Both the position numbers and the translations under genes were made by a program. The notes under the pieces are model-generated. The model saw only the letters and a program-made list of their open reading frames with translations. It was not told the origin of the DNA and did no database searches. Positions 36,754-46,149 of a stretch of DNA of 64,000 nucleotides are shown piece by piece. The first letter of the stretch is position 1; each line of letters opens with the position of its first letter. The stretch is from a virus (Duplodnaviria > Caudoviricetes): the IMG/VR virus record IMGVR_UViG_2791354774_000003; one strand, 5' to 3'.

Positions 36754-37007
36754 CACCGCCTATCCTGTTTCGAGTGGGTCGAACTGACGGACGGGGCTCT
36801 TAGCTTGGCAATCTCGATTGGCTGGCAGATATGAAATGTGACGCGCAATCTTGAACGTTTGACCGGCCGGGCGTCAGCGTAGCCTTCGAACGCTTTGAAC
36901 CGACGAATGTCCTCATCCGTCAACGCATCGAGCCTAGCCTCGTCAACATCGTGAGGCATAGCCTGAATATCAGACAGGGCCAACCGCGGCATCACCGCCT
37001 ATCCTGT
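36751..37007. repeat. 18-bp direct repeat flanking an 80-aa ORF
   Basis: CATCACCGCCTATCCTGT at 36751-36768 and 36990-37007. Confidence 0.85.
36753..36995 (-). CDS. Hypothetical protein (repeat-flanked cassette)
   Basis: Ends QDRR, as does the upstream gene. Confidence 0.5.
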   Translation of the reverse strand: MMPRLALSDIQAMPHDVDEARLDALTDEDIRRFKAFEGYADARPVKRSRLRVTFHICQPIEIAKLRAPSVSSTHSKQDRR

Positions 37008-37270
37008 GCCCGGTATGCCGAGCCGATGAGAAGCCGGGCGTGACAGTCGAAGTCTTCGCGGGCCAGCTCCCGACGAGCGGCAGCGGCGGCTTCAAGCACT
37101 TCGGCCGGGTCTTCGTTGCCGATCTGATCAGCGTCCAGCGCAATCAACTCAGCCATGGCCGCCCGCCGTCGCAGCCTCTTCGCCATATCGACAGCGCCCT
37201 TCACATTCGGAGCGTCATCCATGCGGGCGCTATGAGCGGAAAGGCCGGAGGGGAGGATCATGCGGCCCAT
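36992..37270 (-). CDS. Hypothetical protein
   Basis: Coupled ORF. Confidence 0.5.
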   Translation of the reverse strand: MGRMILPSGLSAHSARMDDAPNVKGAVDMAKRLRRRAAMAELIALDADQIGNEDPAEVLEAAAAARRELAREDFDCHARLLIGSAYRAQDRR

Positions 37271-37509
37271 CCGCCGTCTTGGTGCCGCACGACAGCAGCA
37301 TCGAACAAGCCGTGGGGATGGGATCGCTGATAGCCCGAACGTCTCATCGCCTCGCCGTATGCGACGCCAGCAGCACGAAGCTCTGCGACAGCAGCCTCGC
37401 GGCCAGATGCGTAAGGCGCTTGGCAGACTTCCTGCGCGGCCCTGATCAGACGCTCATGCGCCTCGCGGGGAACGGCGATCATATGCATGCTCTCACTCCC
37501 CCACCGCAT
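37258..37509 (-). CDS. Hypothetical protein
   Basis: Coupled ORF. Confidence 0.45.
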   Translation of the reverse strand: MRWGSESMHMIAVPREAHERLIRAAQEVCQAPYASGREAAVAELRAAGVAYGEAMRRSGYQRSHPHGLFDAAVVRHQDGGWAA

Positions 37510-37620
37510 GCCGATCGCCCTTCGGCTTCCGCTTCTGCTCTCTGACGGCCTTGGCGAGAGCTTCTTCCGTGAGGCCGTGGTCGCGAGCGATGCGGGAGAT
37601 GAGGCGGCGGTCGGATTCGG

Positions 37621-37842
37621 TCATGCCGCCTGAGCCTTGAACCTGCCGCCGAAGCTGTACTGAACGGGTGTGCCCTCGAATTCCGGCAATCCGCCTAGCC
37701 GCTCAATCGCGCGCCTGTCGGAGTTGAGCGCGTAGACGAACAGGCCGCGTGAGCCAGCGCCCACAACAGGCTGCCGAACACCATGCCGAGCCAGATGCTC
37801 CGACAAGCGCCTGCCAACCTCCATCAGCGCTTTGTCAGCCAT
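37621..37842 (-). CDS. Hypothetical protein
   Basis: AGGA RBS, MADKALMEVG. Confidence 0.5.
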   Translation of the reverse strand: MADKALMEVGRRLSEHLARHGVRQPVVGAGSRGLFVYALNSDRRAIERLGGLPEFEGTPVQYSFGGRFKAQAA

Positions 37843-37863
37843 GGCGCTCGTCCTGCGAGAGGG

Positions 37864-38076
37864 GTTCGATGACGGGCCGGACTCGACACCGGCTGTAGCC
37901 CGCCTCAGTCTATCGAGGTGGCGCTTGCAGGATTTATCAGGGATCTGGCATCCAGCTTTTAGCTGGGTAGCTTCACACGGCACCGTGCCTACCTGACCGT
38001 GTACCCTTGGGCCGAACGGGCACCCGCTCGCCTGCATTGTCCCTCAGCACGTCCTTCCGTGCCGCCGTCATCGAAC
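37864..38076 (-). ncRNA. tRNA-like RNA shell with a large structured insertion
   Basis: 12-bp terminal stem GTTCGATGACGG/CCGTCATCGAAC; D-like arm GCAC-GGAAGGAC-GTGC; T-like arm GCCGG-TGTCGAGT-CCGGC. Confidence 0.55.
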
Positions 38077-38415
38077 TCGAATTCGGGGCGAGCTATCAGC
38101 CCCGCTGACGCAGAGCCGATTGTCTTAGCTGCGACCCTCGCCCAGCCGCAGAGCACCCCGTGACTGTGGCCCTAGGAGCCACCGCATTCCGCCACGGGGA
38201 GCAGAGATGCGGTTCGCGGAACGCCACTGTCGGACGCCCGGAAGGCTTCGATGACGGGCTTGACGCATGGCCTCATTCAACCCGCCACCCCTATGTCATC
38301 AGGTGACAGTCGGCGGGCACCACGTCATCGAATTCGCCACCGCCCAGACCGGTCAGCGTCAGGGTGCAAAGGGGCGCGAGGCTTGAAGCGCTGTCCGATG
38401 CCTGGGCGGGGAGCT

Positions 38416-38491
38416 TGGAGCCGAGGGCTGGGATCGAACCAGCGACCGCCCGCTTACAAGGCGGGTGCTCTGCCATCTGAGCTACGTCGGC
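38416..38491 (-). tRNA. tRNA-Thr(UGU)
   Basis: GCCGACGTAGCTCAGATGGCAGAGCACCCGCCTTGTAAGCGGGCGGTCGCTGGTTCGATCCCAGCCCTCGGCTCCA; 76 nt, encoded CCA, one C:C mismatch in the acceptor stem. Confidence 0.9.
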
Positions 38492-38800
38492 AAACTGATT
38501 GATGCGGGCAGGGCCTGCTACCGAACCCCGCATTGCGATCCGAGGCGTGTCATCCGAGCCGGAGCAGCGGCGGTGCCTCGTCCTACGGCCAGCAGATTGA
38601 GCGCGGGTCTATGTGCGCTCTCAGGGCCGAAGCCCTTTCACCGTGTCGCCGCACCAAACTGGAATTTTAGGGACAACAACCCTTTCGCCTCGGGCCTAGG
38701 GGTCCGTGGGCCGGGCCGCTCTGACCGTCAACATGCGCGAGGCGCTAGGACTTGGCCGGCAGGTATCCTGCCGACATAGATGCATCGCTATTTCGTTCTG

Positions 38801-39496
38801 TCAAGCGGCGCGAACAGATTGTGCGGGGACATCAACACAGATGGTCCCGCCCGTGAATGGAACTTCCACCTTCACCCGGCCTGTGCGCTCGTCCACGCGG
38901 CTCACCTTGCCCGACTGCCCGGTAAAGGCGCCCTCTTCCACGACCACATCATCGCCGATAGCGAACAGGATGCGTCGAGCTGCTTCGATGTCACCGCCGT
39001 AACCAGTGATGCAGTCCGCGAAGTTCTGAAGCTCTTCTGCCGAGATCACCATCGGAGCACCGCCTGGCCCCATGACCGTACCCTTTCGGCCGAAGCCCGT
39101 ACGGTCGTCGTAGACGCCGGGGTGTTCCTCGGCCTTCTTCAACTCCTGCCAGTTGCGGACGCCGACGAACAGCAGGCGCCGCAGGACCGGGATCAGCGCC
39201 GTCCGAACCTTGCCGATGTCGGACACGAGACGCACCGCCTCGCGAGCCTCGAACACCGGAATGCCGACCGCCGCAATCTGCTCGGCGGCCCACGATGCAC
39301 GGCGCGGGAGGGCGCGGACGACGTACCATGTCCGATCAGGGTCCACGATAAATCGATCCTGGGTCTCCCTGGCGGCCGAATAGGCCCCTGCCCGCACCGA
39401 CTGCATGTTGACGGCGACTTTGCGCCTCACGGCCCGTTTCTGAGCCTTCTGGCGGGCAGCCGCTCGACGGAGGGCCTGGCGTTCCTTGTTGGTCAT
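38801..39496 (-). CDS. NusG-family antiterminator (late-gene activator)
   Basis: NGN domain WYVVRA...; KOW motif GDDVVVEEGAFTGQSGKV; occupies the position of Q. Confidence 0.85.
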   Translation of the reverse strand: MTNKERQALRRAAARQKAQKRAVRRKVAVNMQSVRAGAYSAARETQDRFIVDPDRTWYVVRALPRRASWAAEQIAAVGIPVFEAREAVRLVSDIGKVRTALIPVLRRLLFVGVRNWQELKKAEEHPGVYDDRTGFGRKGTVMGPGGAPMVISAEELQNFADCITGYGGDIEAARRILFAIGDDVVVEEGAFTGQSGKVSRVDERTGRVKVEVPFTGGTICVDVPAQSVRAA

Positions 39497-39515
39497 GGCG
39501 GCTTTCCTCCGAAGG

Positions 39516-39719
39516 CTACGGGTTAGGTGAGGCGGGAACTTGAGCGGTGAGGCGCCCGGCAATGCGCACTCGCCGATCCGATGAAATCTCGACGGTTTCG
39601 AGCGTCGCCCATGTCGTCTCGCATCTGAGGCAGCGACGGCGGCGACGGATGGCGTTGGGAGCGTCCCGGCTGTCGAGGACGCGGGAGGTTGGCCAGCCGC
39701 AGGCGGGGCAGCAGATCAT
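39516..39719 (-). CDS. NrdR-N-like zinc ribbon protein
   Basis: CPACG...SRVLDSR...IRRRRRCLRC..TWATLE. Confidence 0.8.
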   Translation of the reverse strand: MICCPACGWPTSRVLDSRDAPNAIRRRRRCLRCETTWATLETVEISSDRRVRIAGRLTAQVPASPNP

Positions 39720-40657
39720 GCGGCTGCCCTCCGACCCTCGTTGAACACGTCGCACCAATCCGAGCCGAGGGTTTCGGGGATCTGGACGCGCGCTTTGACG
39801 GGCCGTTTCAGCAGGCGGCAGAGGCGCCGGGCGAGTGTGTAGGCGGCATGCTGCCCCGCGAACTGGGCATCCGCATCGCCGAAGATGACCACCTCATCGG
39901 TTCCCGGCGGCGGCTCCCACTTCGCCAGCATCGTCGCGTTGAGAGCGGCCCAAACCGGGATGCCGAACAACGATGCGGCAGCGAAGGCCGTCTCGATGCC
40001 CTCGGCGATTCCGAGGATAGGCCCTGGCGGGAACAACCGAACCGCGGAGCCATCAGGCAGCGGGCCGGGCATTAGACGGCGGGGAGCTTCTAGGTCCGCC
40101 TTCCGCCCGTCCGCTGTCAGATAGGTGCGATGGATGTTCGCGCCGTGCCCGTCTGGCGCAACCACCTTGGCAAGCATGCCGGGGTGGTACGACGGCGGGG
40201 TGTCCGAGTAGCGCAGGCGCTCCACCGTTCGCAGGCAGTCAGGCACGGCAACGAGGCCAACCCGAGCCGCGAGGTAGCGGGAAACGGCATCGCCACGCTT
40301 GACCGGCTTGGAGGCTTGCCAGAGGGCGTTCAAACTTTTCCGGGTGTCTGCCTCGTCTCGCCCCTTCCTCGGAGCTGTAGGCTTAACCTCGCCAATCAGA
40401 GGGGCCATCCGCTCGGCAAGTTCCTTGAAGTCGATGCCGAGCGTCCGCATCGCGAGGTCGGCACCATCGCCGGCCCCGCAGTGATTGCAGATCCAGGTGC
40501 CCCGGCCTTCCAGGTCATCGAACCGGAAGCGGGTCTTGCCTCCGCAAATCGGGCACGGTCCATTCTTGCGGCCAGACAGGAAGCGGCTGTCCACGCCTAG
40601 CATCGGCAGCAAGCCCGCCCACCGGCCGCGGGCGCGCTCACTCAGCGGCGGCAGCAT
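39716..40657 (-). CDS. Primase (zinc-binding plus TOPRIM)
   Basis: GPCPICGGKTRFRFDD...WICNHCGAGDG; IAEGIETA; IFGDAD. Confidence 0.9.
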   Translation of the reverse strand: MLPPLSERARGRWAGLLPMLGVDSRFLSGRKNGPCPICGGKTRFRFDDLEGRGTWICNHCGAGDGADLAMRTLGIDFKELAERMAPLIGEVKPTAPRKGRDEADTRKSLNALWQASKPVKRGDAVSRYLAARVGLVAVPDCLRTVERLRYSDTPPSYHPGMLAKVVAPDGHGANIHRTYLTADGRKADLEAPRRLMPGPLPDGSAVRLFPPGPILGIAEGIETAFAAASLFGIPVWAALNATMLAKWEPPPGTDEVVIFGDADAQFAGQHAAYTLARRLCRLLKRPVKARVQIPETLGSDWCDVFNEGRRAAA

Positions 40658-42119
40658 AGGTCGGCTCCTTGCGGCGATTGGCGAAAGCGATCTGGCGGGA
40701 CTTGATCCAGCCGAGGATTTCGGGCGTCGGCTCCACGTCCGGCGCGAGGCGGTGCGCGTTCGGCCAGACACCAAACATTTCCTTGAATTTGTGGGCGGCC
40801 CATCCCTCTCGGAGGCGCCGGCTCTTGGCGTAGGAGCGGAGTTGCCCGAACACGAACGCCTTCTCGTCGGCCTTCGCCTTCTTGCGGATCGGCGTCATCT
40901 CCACGAGTTGCCCGTCCTCGCAGACGATCTCGCTCTGACGCTCCGGCTTGAACCCGCAGGCTGGGCACTTCGGCGTCTTGGCGGGCTTGAGGAAGTTGCA
41001 GGCGCTGCACTCCTTCGGCAGGGCTTCCGGCTTCTGCCGAGCCTCCGCCTTCTGGCGCTCGCGGCCATCGTCCAACACGTCGTGGTGGATGTCCGTGACG
41101 AAGCCGAGCCGCAGAGTGGAATCGCTATGATCGAGCAGGATTAGGTGGTCTTTGCCGGGCGCCGTACGGAGGCCCCGCCCGACGATCTGTGTGTAGAGCA
41201 TTTCCGAGCGTGTCGGCCGACAGAGGCAGATGCAGCGCACGTCTAGATCGACACCCGTCGTCAGGCACCCAACGCTGGCGATCACGCGCAGTTCTCCGGC
41301 AGAGAATCGCTTGAACATCGCCTCCCGCTCGTCCGGCTTCGTGTAGGCGTCGATGTAGCCGCAGCCGATGCCGGCCTTCTCGAACTCGCCTTGAAGATGC
41401 TTGGCGTGCGCCCGATCGACGGCGAACACGAAGGTCGGCCGGTTCTCCCCGCGCTGGCGCCAGGTCGTAACCACGTCGGCCACCAGAGCGGGCTTGTTCA
41501 TCGCCTCGCTTAGGTCGCCCTCGTGGTAGTCGCCGGCGACGGTGCGGACCTTGCCGAGGTCAGGATGCGACGGCGCATAGACCCGGAACGGCGACAGATA
41601 GCCGGCCTCGATCAATTCGGCGGTCGTCGTGACTTGGATCAGGTCGTCGTAGTGCTTGCCGAGGCCGCGCGTCCAAGGCGTGGCGGACAGGCCGATGAAG
41701 GGGACCTTCTGCCAGCCGTCGTCGCGCATCCACTGCCCGACCATCTCGAACCAGCGGTGAGCCTCATCGATCATCACCAGGTCGAACGGCGGGATCGCGC
41801 GCCGCTGGAGGGTCTGAACGGATGCGACCTGGACCGGCGCGGCCGAGTTCGTCATCGGGTGATTGCCCTGGATCACACCGATGTCACGGATGCCCTCCGC
41901 GTAGAACGAGCGCACCGTCTGGTCGATCAGCGCGATTGCGGGCACGACGAACAGGACGCGCTTGCCCTTAGCTCGGGCGTTCTTGACGATGGCGCCGGCC
42001 AGAACGGTCTTCCCAAAACCCGTGCTGGCTTGGAGCATCGGGCGGCGGAAGCCGGCCATGAGCGAGGAGCGAAGGCTGTCGAGCGCCTTGACCTGATGGG
42101 GGTGGAGGGTGCGGCTCAT
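40638..42119 (-). CDS. SF2 DEAH helicase
   Basis: STGFGKT, IDEAH, GLSATP, QIVGRGLR, C-terminal zinc finger. Confidence 0.93.
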   Translation of the reverse strand: MSRTLHPHQVKALDSLRSSLMAGFRRPMLQASTGFGKTVLAGAIVKNARAKGKRVLFVVPAIALIDQTVRSFYAEGIRDIGVIQGNHPMTNSAAPVQVASVQTLQRRAIPPFDLVMIDEAHRWFEMVGQWMRDDGWQKVPFIGLSATPWTRGLGKHYDDLIQVTTTAELIEAGYLSPFRVYAPSHPDLGKVRTVAGDYHEGDLSEAMNKPALVADVVTTWRQRGENRPTFVFAVDRAHAKHLQGEFEKAGIGCGYIDAYTKPDEREAMFKRFSAGELRVIASVGCLTTGVDLDVRCICLCRPTRSEMLYTQIVGRGLRTAPGKDHLILLDHSDSTLRLGFVTDIHHDVLDDGRERQKAEARQKPEALPKECSACNFLKPAKTPKCPACGFKPERQSEIVCEDGQLVEMTPIRKKAKADEKAFVFGQLRSYAKSRRLREGWAAHKFKEMFGVWPNAHRLAPDVEPTPEILGWIKSRQIAFANRRKEPTYAAAAE

Positions 42120-42874
42120 CGGGCCACCTCCACCGTGCGACGACAGACACGAGCCGTGGGATGCCCGCCAGATCGCGCAGGGCGACTCAGGGCGGCTTTC
42201 AGCGCCTCGTCGTGAGGCAGGGTGCCGAAATCGGTTTTCGCCCGTCCTGGGCCACCTGAGCCGTAAAGCGCCTCATCCGCTCTCGCCAGCCAATCGTCGG
42301 CCGACTTGTCCGAGCCGCGAGATGAGGGGGGGCTGTAGTCGAAATCCCCGAACGGGTCGGCGTCTGCCTCAGCCCATCGCGTGGGGTACAGAGCTACATC
42401 CTGAAACCCTTGTTCACGGCTAGGAAGGAGGTTCCTTTGGTTTCCTGTTAGGTTCTTTCCCCGGCACGTGGTGCCGCTAACCTGTCCTTCATATGCCGCT
42501 AACCCGTCCTTAATATGCCGGTAACCTCCTTTGTTATTTCCGGCACCTGGTGCCGCTAAGGGGGCCTCGGCGGTGGCCGGTTCGGGCTCCACCATCAGGT
42601 CGAAGTCATGCCCGGTAATGAGGGTGATAAGGTCCGACGCTCGCCCACCGTAGCCGTTACCTCTGTGCTGCCGGACGATGACGCCGCCCGCTTCCAACTC
42701 GGCCAGCACGAGCCGGACGGTGCGAACCGCTAGGCCCGTCTCCGAGGCAAGCAGGGCCTGCGACGGCCAGCACTTGTCTTCCTTGTCGGCACGGTCGGCG
42801 AGCGCGTTGAGGACGACACGGCACGTCGTGCGAACGCGCTGGCGCTTGGCCCACTTCATGGCGGTGACGCTCAT
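42116..42874 (-). CDS. Replication initiator (HTH_36-like)
   Basis: VLNALADRAD...CWPSQALLASETGLAVRTV; contains iterons. Confidence 0.85.
   Translation of the reverse strand: MSVTAMKWAKRQRVRTTCRVVLNALADRADKEDKCWPSQALLASETGLAVRTVRLVLAELEAGGVIVRQHRGNGYGGRASDLITLITGHDFDLMVEPEPATAEAPLAAPGAGNNKGGYRHIKDGLAAYEGQVSGTTCRGKNLTGNQRNLLPSREQGFQDVALYPTRWAEADADPFGDFDYSPPSSRGSDKSADDWLARADEALYGSGGPGRAKTDFGTLPHDEALKAALSRPARSGGHPTARVCRRTVEVAR
42461..42560. repeat. Iterons, probable phage replication origin
   Basis: TGCCG(C/G)TAACC three times at 22-bp period (42461-42526) plus a fourth copy at about 42540-42560, next to a T-rich stretch. Confidence 0.75.
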
Positions 42875-43221
42875 TGCTCGCCTCCCTTCATGGAGGCAGC
42901 CACGAGATCGTCAGCCGTCCGATATGCCACCTCGGCGGCATAGGGCAGGCCGGAAGCCTGAGAGACGGTCGAGGCACCGTAGCGGATCAGGCTCTCGCCG
43001 AACTCCACCACATGCCGGAAATCACCGGAGCCTCTGGCGCGCCGCACGAGGTCGTCGCGCAACGCCCTCAGGGCGTCGTTCGCGGCTCGGTAGAGAGCAG
43101 GATCGGCGTTGAGCCTAGGCATGACATCGGACATGACGAAGCCGTTCCGAGAAGCGCAGACGCGCTCGATTGCAGAGAGGCGGTGACGGACGGGAAGGCG
43201 CGTCAGGTCACGGCGGCGCAC
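42871..43221 (-). CDS. Hypothetical protein
   Basis: Coupled ORF. Confidence 0.5.
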   Translation of the reverse strand: MRRRDLTRLPVRHRLSAIERVCASRNGFVMSDVMPRLNADPALYRAANDALRALRDDLVRRARGSGDFRHVVEFGESLIRYGASTVSQASGLPYAAEVAYRTADDLVAASMKGGEQ

Positions 43222-43522
43222 GGATCTGCGCTTTGTCCTTCGGCTTCAGATGGGCTCGGAAAGTCGTGGCCTCGCTGTCGTGGCGGGGCAGGAGGCGCGT
43301 CAGGAAGCGCGCTGTGTCGGCGTGAGCCTTGGCGCGGACGCGGTTGCGGCGCTCGGCTTCCTTGGTGCCCTCGGCGTCGCTAATGCGGCCTTGGTTGGCT
43401 TCGTGGCGAGCGTGAGCCTCAAGGCCGTCAGCGAGGTCGGAGCAGCTTCTGGCGCTGTTCTCGTTCCACTCGACAAGGCGCTCAAGGCGCTGCAATTCGG
43501 CGAAGGACAGGGGGGCGCTCAT
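43208..43522 (-). CDS. Hypothetical protein
   Basis: MSAPLSFAELQ; coupled ORF. Confidence 0.55.
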   Translation of the reverse strand: MSAPLSFAELQRLERLVEWNENSARSCSDLADGLEAHARHEANQGRISDAEGTKEAERRNRVRAKAHADTARFLTRLLPRHDSEATTFRAHLKPKDKAQIRAPP

Positions 43523-43658
43523 GACGGCTCTCCCTCCCCTTCCCAGATCATCAGCACGGACCAATGGCCGTGATTGCCCGGCAGAGGGCCGAGGTTGCGC
43601 CAGCCGGCGGCCTCCATGGTCGGCACGTCCGCGTGCCGGGCGTAGCGAAGCCAGGAGA

Positions 43659-44345
43659 TCACAAGAATGCCCGCTGCTGCGCCTTCTCGGGACGAGCCGC
43701 CGCGAACATGTCCGGACGGGCCGCAGCCTTCTCCAAACGCCTGCAGGCGGTGTCGAAGTGCTTCGGGTCCAGTTCGATGCCAACGAACGGGCGCCCGAGA
43801 CGGGCTGCGGCCACGCCGGTCGTGCCGCTGCCGCAGAAGGGGTCAAGGACAAGTCCTTCCGTCCACTCCAGCACAGCAAGCATCAGTTGGACCGGCTTCT
43901 CGGTCGGGTGATGCTCATTACCCGTGCGCGGAGCGATGATGACGTCGTTCGGACGCCCCTTCGGGAAGCGATGCTCCGGGCCAGGATAGAAGAGCGCGAC
44001 TTCGGTCTGCCGACCGTGCTCGTGCTCCAAGTCACCCATCGACCAGTTGTTCTTGACCCAGGTGACAAGGCTCTTCGGCTTTGGCACTGAGACAAGATTG
44101 TCCCACCGGCAGAAGATGTAGCGCGAGTGCAAGACCGGCACGCTGCAGCACCAGATGAGCGCGGCATCGTCCTTGTCGTTGGCGATCGCGTCGTGCTTCA
44201 CCGCTCGAAAGTTGGACCGAAAAGCCATGCCGTAAGGAGGATCGGTTGCGAGCGCGCCAGGAACCGGCAGCGTCGGCACGATCTCTCTGCTGTCGCCACA
44301 GATGATCTGCACATCATCGGAGATCTGTTCGACGCGATAAGTCAC
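43659..44345 (-). CDS. Orphan DNA amino-methyltransferase (N6A/N4C, beta class)
   Basis: TDPPYG before HPTEKP and LDPFCGSGTTG. Confidence 0.92.
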   Translation of the reverse strand: MTYRVEQISDDVQIICGDSREIVPTLPVPGALATDPPYGMAFRSNFRAVKHDAIANDKDDAALIWCCSVPVLHSRYIFCRWDNLVSVPKPKSLVTWVKNNWSMGDLEHEHGRQTEVALFYPGPEHRFPKGRPNDVIIAPRTGNEHHPTEKPVQLMLAVLEWTEGLVLDPFCGSGTTGVAAARLGRPFVGIELDPKHFDTACRRLEKAAARPDMFAAARPEKAQQRAFL

Positions 44346-44779
44346 GCATTCACCTCCGGCATGCTGATAGGGCCAGCCGCAGGGGCGACGACGACAACCA
44401 CCTCGGATGTCTCGTCTTGCCACCAGAGGCCGATGTGCTCGGCGGCGCGGTCGTTGCGGATCACGCCGTGGATCTGAAGAAAATCCGAAGTGACCTTCAG
44501 CAAGTTATCGAGGTCGAAGTTGCGCTCGCGCGGCAATCCGAGATGCAGGACGTATCGGCCACTGATGCGACCGGGGCGCTGCTCTGCAAGGCGCCAGCCG
44601 GCGTCCCTGAGCCAATCCTTGTAAGGATCTGACCGCCGGATGCCGCCGCCCTTGCGAGGCGCATGCATGTCGTTGACGCTCACCGGAACCGGCAGGCGCA
44701 GGACGACGCGCTCGGCGTCCTGGCGCTGGTTGAAGGCGGCGAGCGTCGTCGCGGCGCGGAGGCGAGCGGCGCTAGTCAC
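44342..44779 (-). CDS. RusA-like Holliday junction resolvase
   Basis: LPVPVSVN, DLDNLLK..SDFL...GVIRNDR. Confidence 0.85.
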   Translation of the reverse strand: MTSAARLRAATTLAAFNQRQDAERVVLRLPVPVSVNDMHAPRKGGGIRRSDPYKDWLRDAGWRLAEQRPGRISGRYVLHLGLPRERNFDLDNLLKVTSDFLQIHGVIRNDRAAEHIGLWWQDETSEVVVVVAPAAGPISMPEVNA

Positions 44780-45168
44780 TTCGCGCCCTGATCCACCAGC
44801 GGAGCCACCAGGGCAGCGGCTTCCTTGCCGTGCGATGAGCGACCCCCTGTCGGGCCATCCAGAGATCGATCCGCCTCGTAAGCCATCGCATCGTCGCCCT
44901 CTCCGAGCGCGCGAAAACGCGCCCACTCCAACTCGGCTTGAGCCTCCAACCGGTCGCACTCGGCGCGGTAGGCGGCGTGAATGTTGAGGAAGGTGTCGGC
45001 GTCGAGCCGGATCGGCTGACGGCCGAGGAACTTGCGCACCCATGAAGCGGTCGCGCCGATCTTCCGGCCAACGTCGTCGTAGGCGTTCATCCGCGAGCCG
45101 CTGCGGCGCTCTGCGAGATCAACGAGAGCACCGACGCGAGGGAACGCGAGATCGGCAGCGGTCGTCAT
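44776..45168 (-). CDS. Hypothetical DNA-binding protein (CII-like position)
   Basis: HTH-like VGRKIGATASWVRKFLGR. Confidence 0.55.
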   Translation of the reverse strand: MTTAADLAFPRVGALVDLAERRSGSRMNAYDDVGRKIGATASWVRKFLGRQPIRLDADTFLNIHAAYRAECDRLEAQAELEWARFRALGEGDDAMAYEADRSLDGPTGGRSSHGKEAAALVAPLVDQGAK

Positions 45169-45663
45169 TGTTCGTTTCCGGGCAATTTTTGTCCGCACTC
45201 AAACAATCCTCCGTGTGAGCTTGTGAGCGTCACAGAGGGGTTCGAGCGGTGCAGACAGAAAGGACGGATCGGGTACGCAACACTGAAAACGGCGCGGCCG
45301 AGAGCTTGCAGGCTGGAGCGGACGCGCAGGGGAAAGCCGAAAGCCCGGCAAGGCAGACGGCGGACAAAGGAGACGACCAAGCCGGCAAGCGAGGTCGTCA
45401 GAAAATGGCCCGGCTCGTGCGAATGCACGGCGGGCTGGTGATTGAGGGCGGACGATGAGGCGGGTAGCATCACGCAGCCTCGCCCGAGCGATGCCAGACC
45501 GAGCCGCGAGAAAGCGGGTCTACTGGCAGGCCGTCCGACGCGAGATGCGACAGGTGCAAGCCACCCTTGGCTTCGCAGCCCTGGCCGAGCCGCATCCGCG
45601 CTTCATGCAGATGCATCCGTATTGGGCGCATCTGGCAGCCGAGGATGAGTTTTGAGGGGGCGG

Positions 45664-46149
45664 TCATGCCCGCACCTCGGCAAAGGTCGAGAGCGAGCAG
45701 TGCCGGCGAACAGCGGCGATCACGGCCGGGACCGGAACGCCCGTGAACCGCTCGATCTCGTCCAGCGTCAGACCCGCCGCATGCAGGCAAGCGACCCCAT
45801 GGGACGGGTCCAGGCCATCACGATCAACGACGAGAAGCTGTCGGCGAAGCGAGCGAGCGAGCCGCGTCGGATGATCGTCAGGACGGGACGCATAAGCGCA
45901 TGCCGCAGCCTTCGACGGCTTGCCGGGTCGCTTCGTCGGGCGCAGCGGATCTCTGCCGGACACGGGGCGGCGCCTCTGCCGCCAAGCGTTCTCAAAGCCG
46001 AGTTCGCGAGCGCGCTTGACCACGAAGTCTCGGCTGATGCCGATGCGGGCCGCTGCCTGATAGCCGTTCAGCCCATCATCAAGAGCGGCGACGATCTCGT
46101 CATCGAACCGCTCGCCGTAGGCTTCGCCGCGTTGGAAATCGGGGTGCAT
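45664..46149 (-). CDS. HTH-containing hypothetical protein
   Basis: GYQAAARIGISRDFVVKRARELG. Confidence 0.5.
   Translation of the reverse strand: MHPDFQRGEAYGERFDDEIVAALDDGLNGYQAAARIGISRDFVVKRARELGFENAWRQRRRPVSGRDPLRPTKRPGKPSKAAACAYASRPDDHPTRLARSLRRQLLVVDRDGLDPSHGVACLHAAGLTLDEIERFTGVPVPAVIAAVRRHCSLSTFAEVRA

Noticed and set aside
43659-44345. Restriction-modification system
   Set aside because: No cognate endonuclease adjacent; orphan phage methyltransferase.
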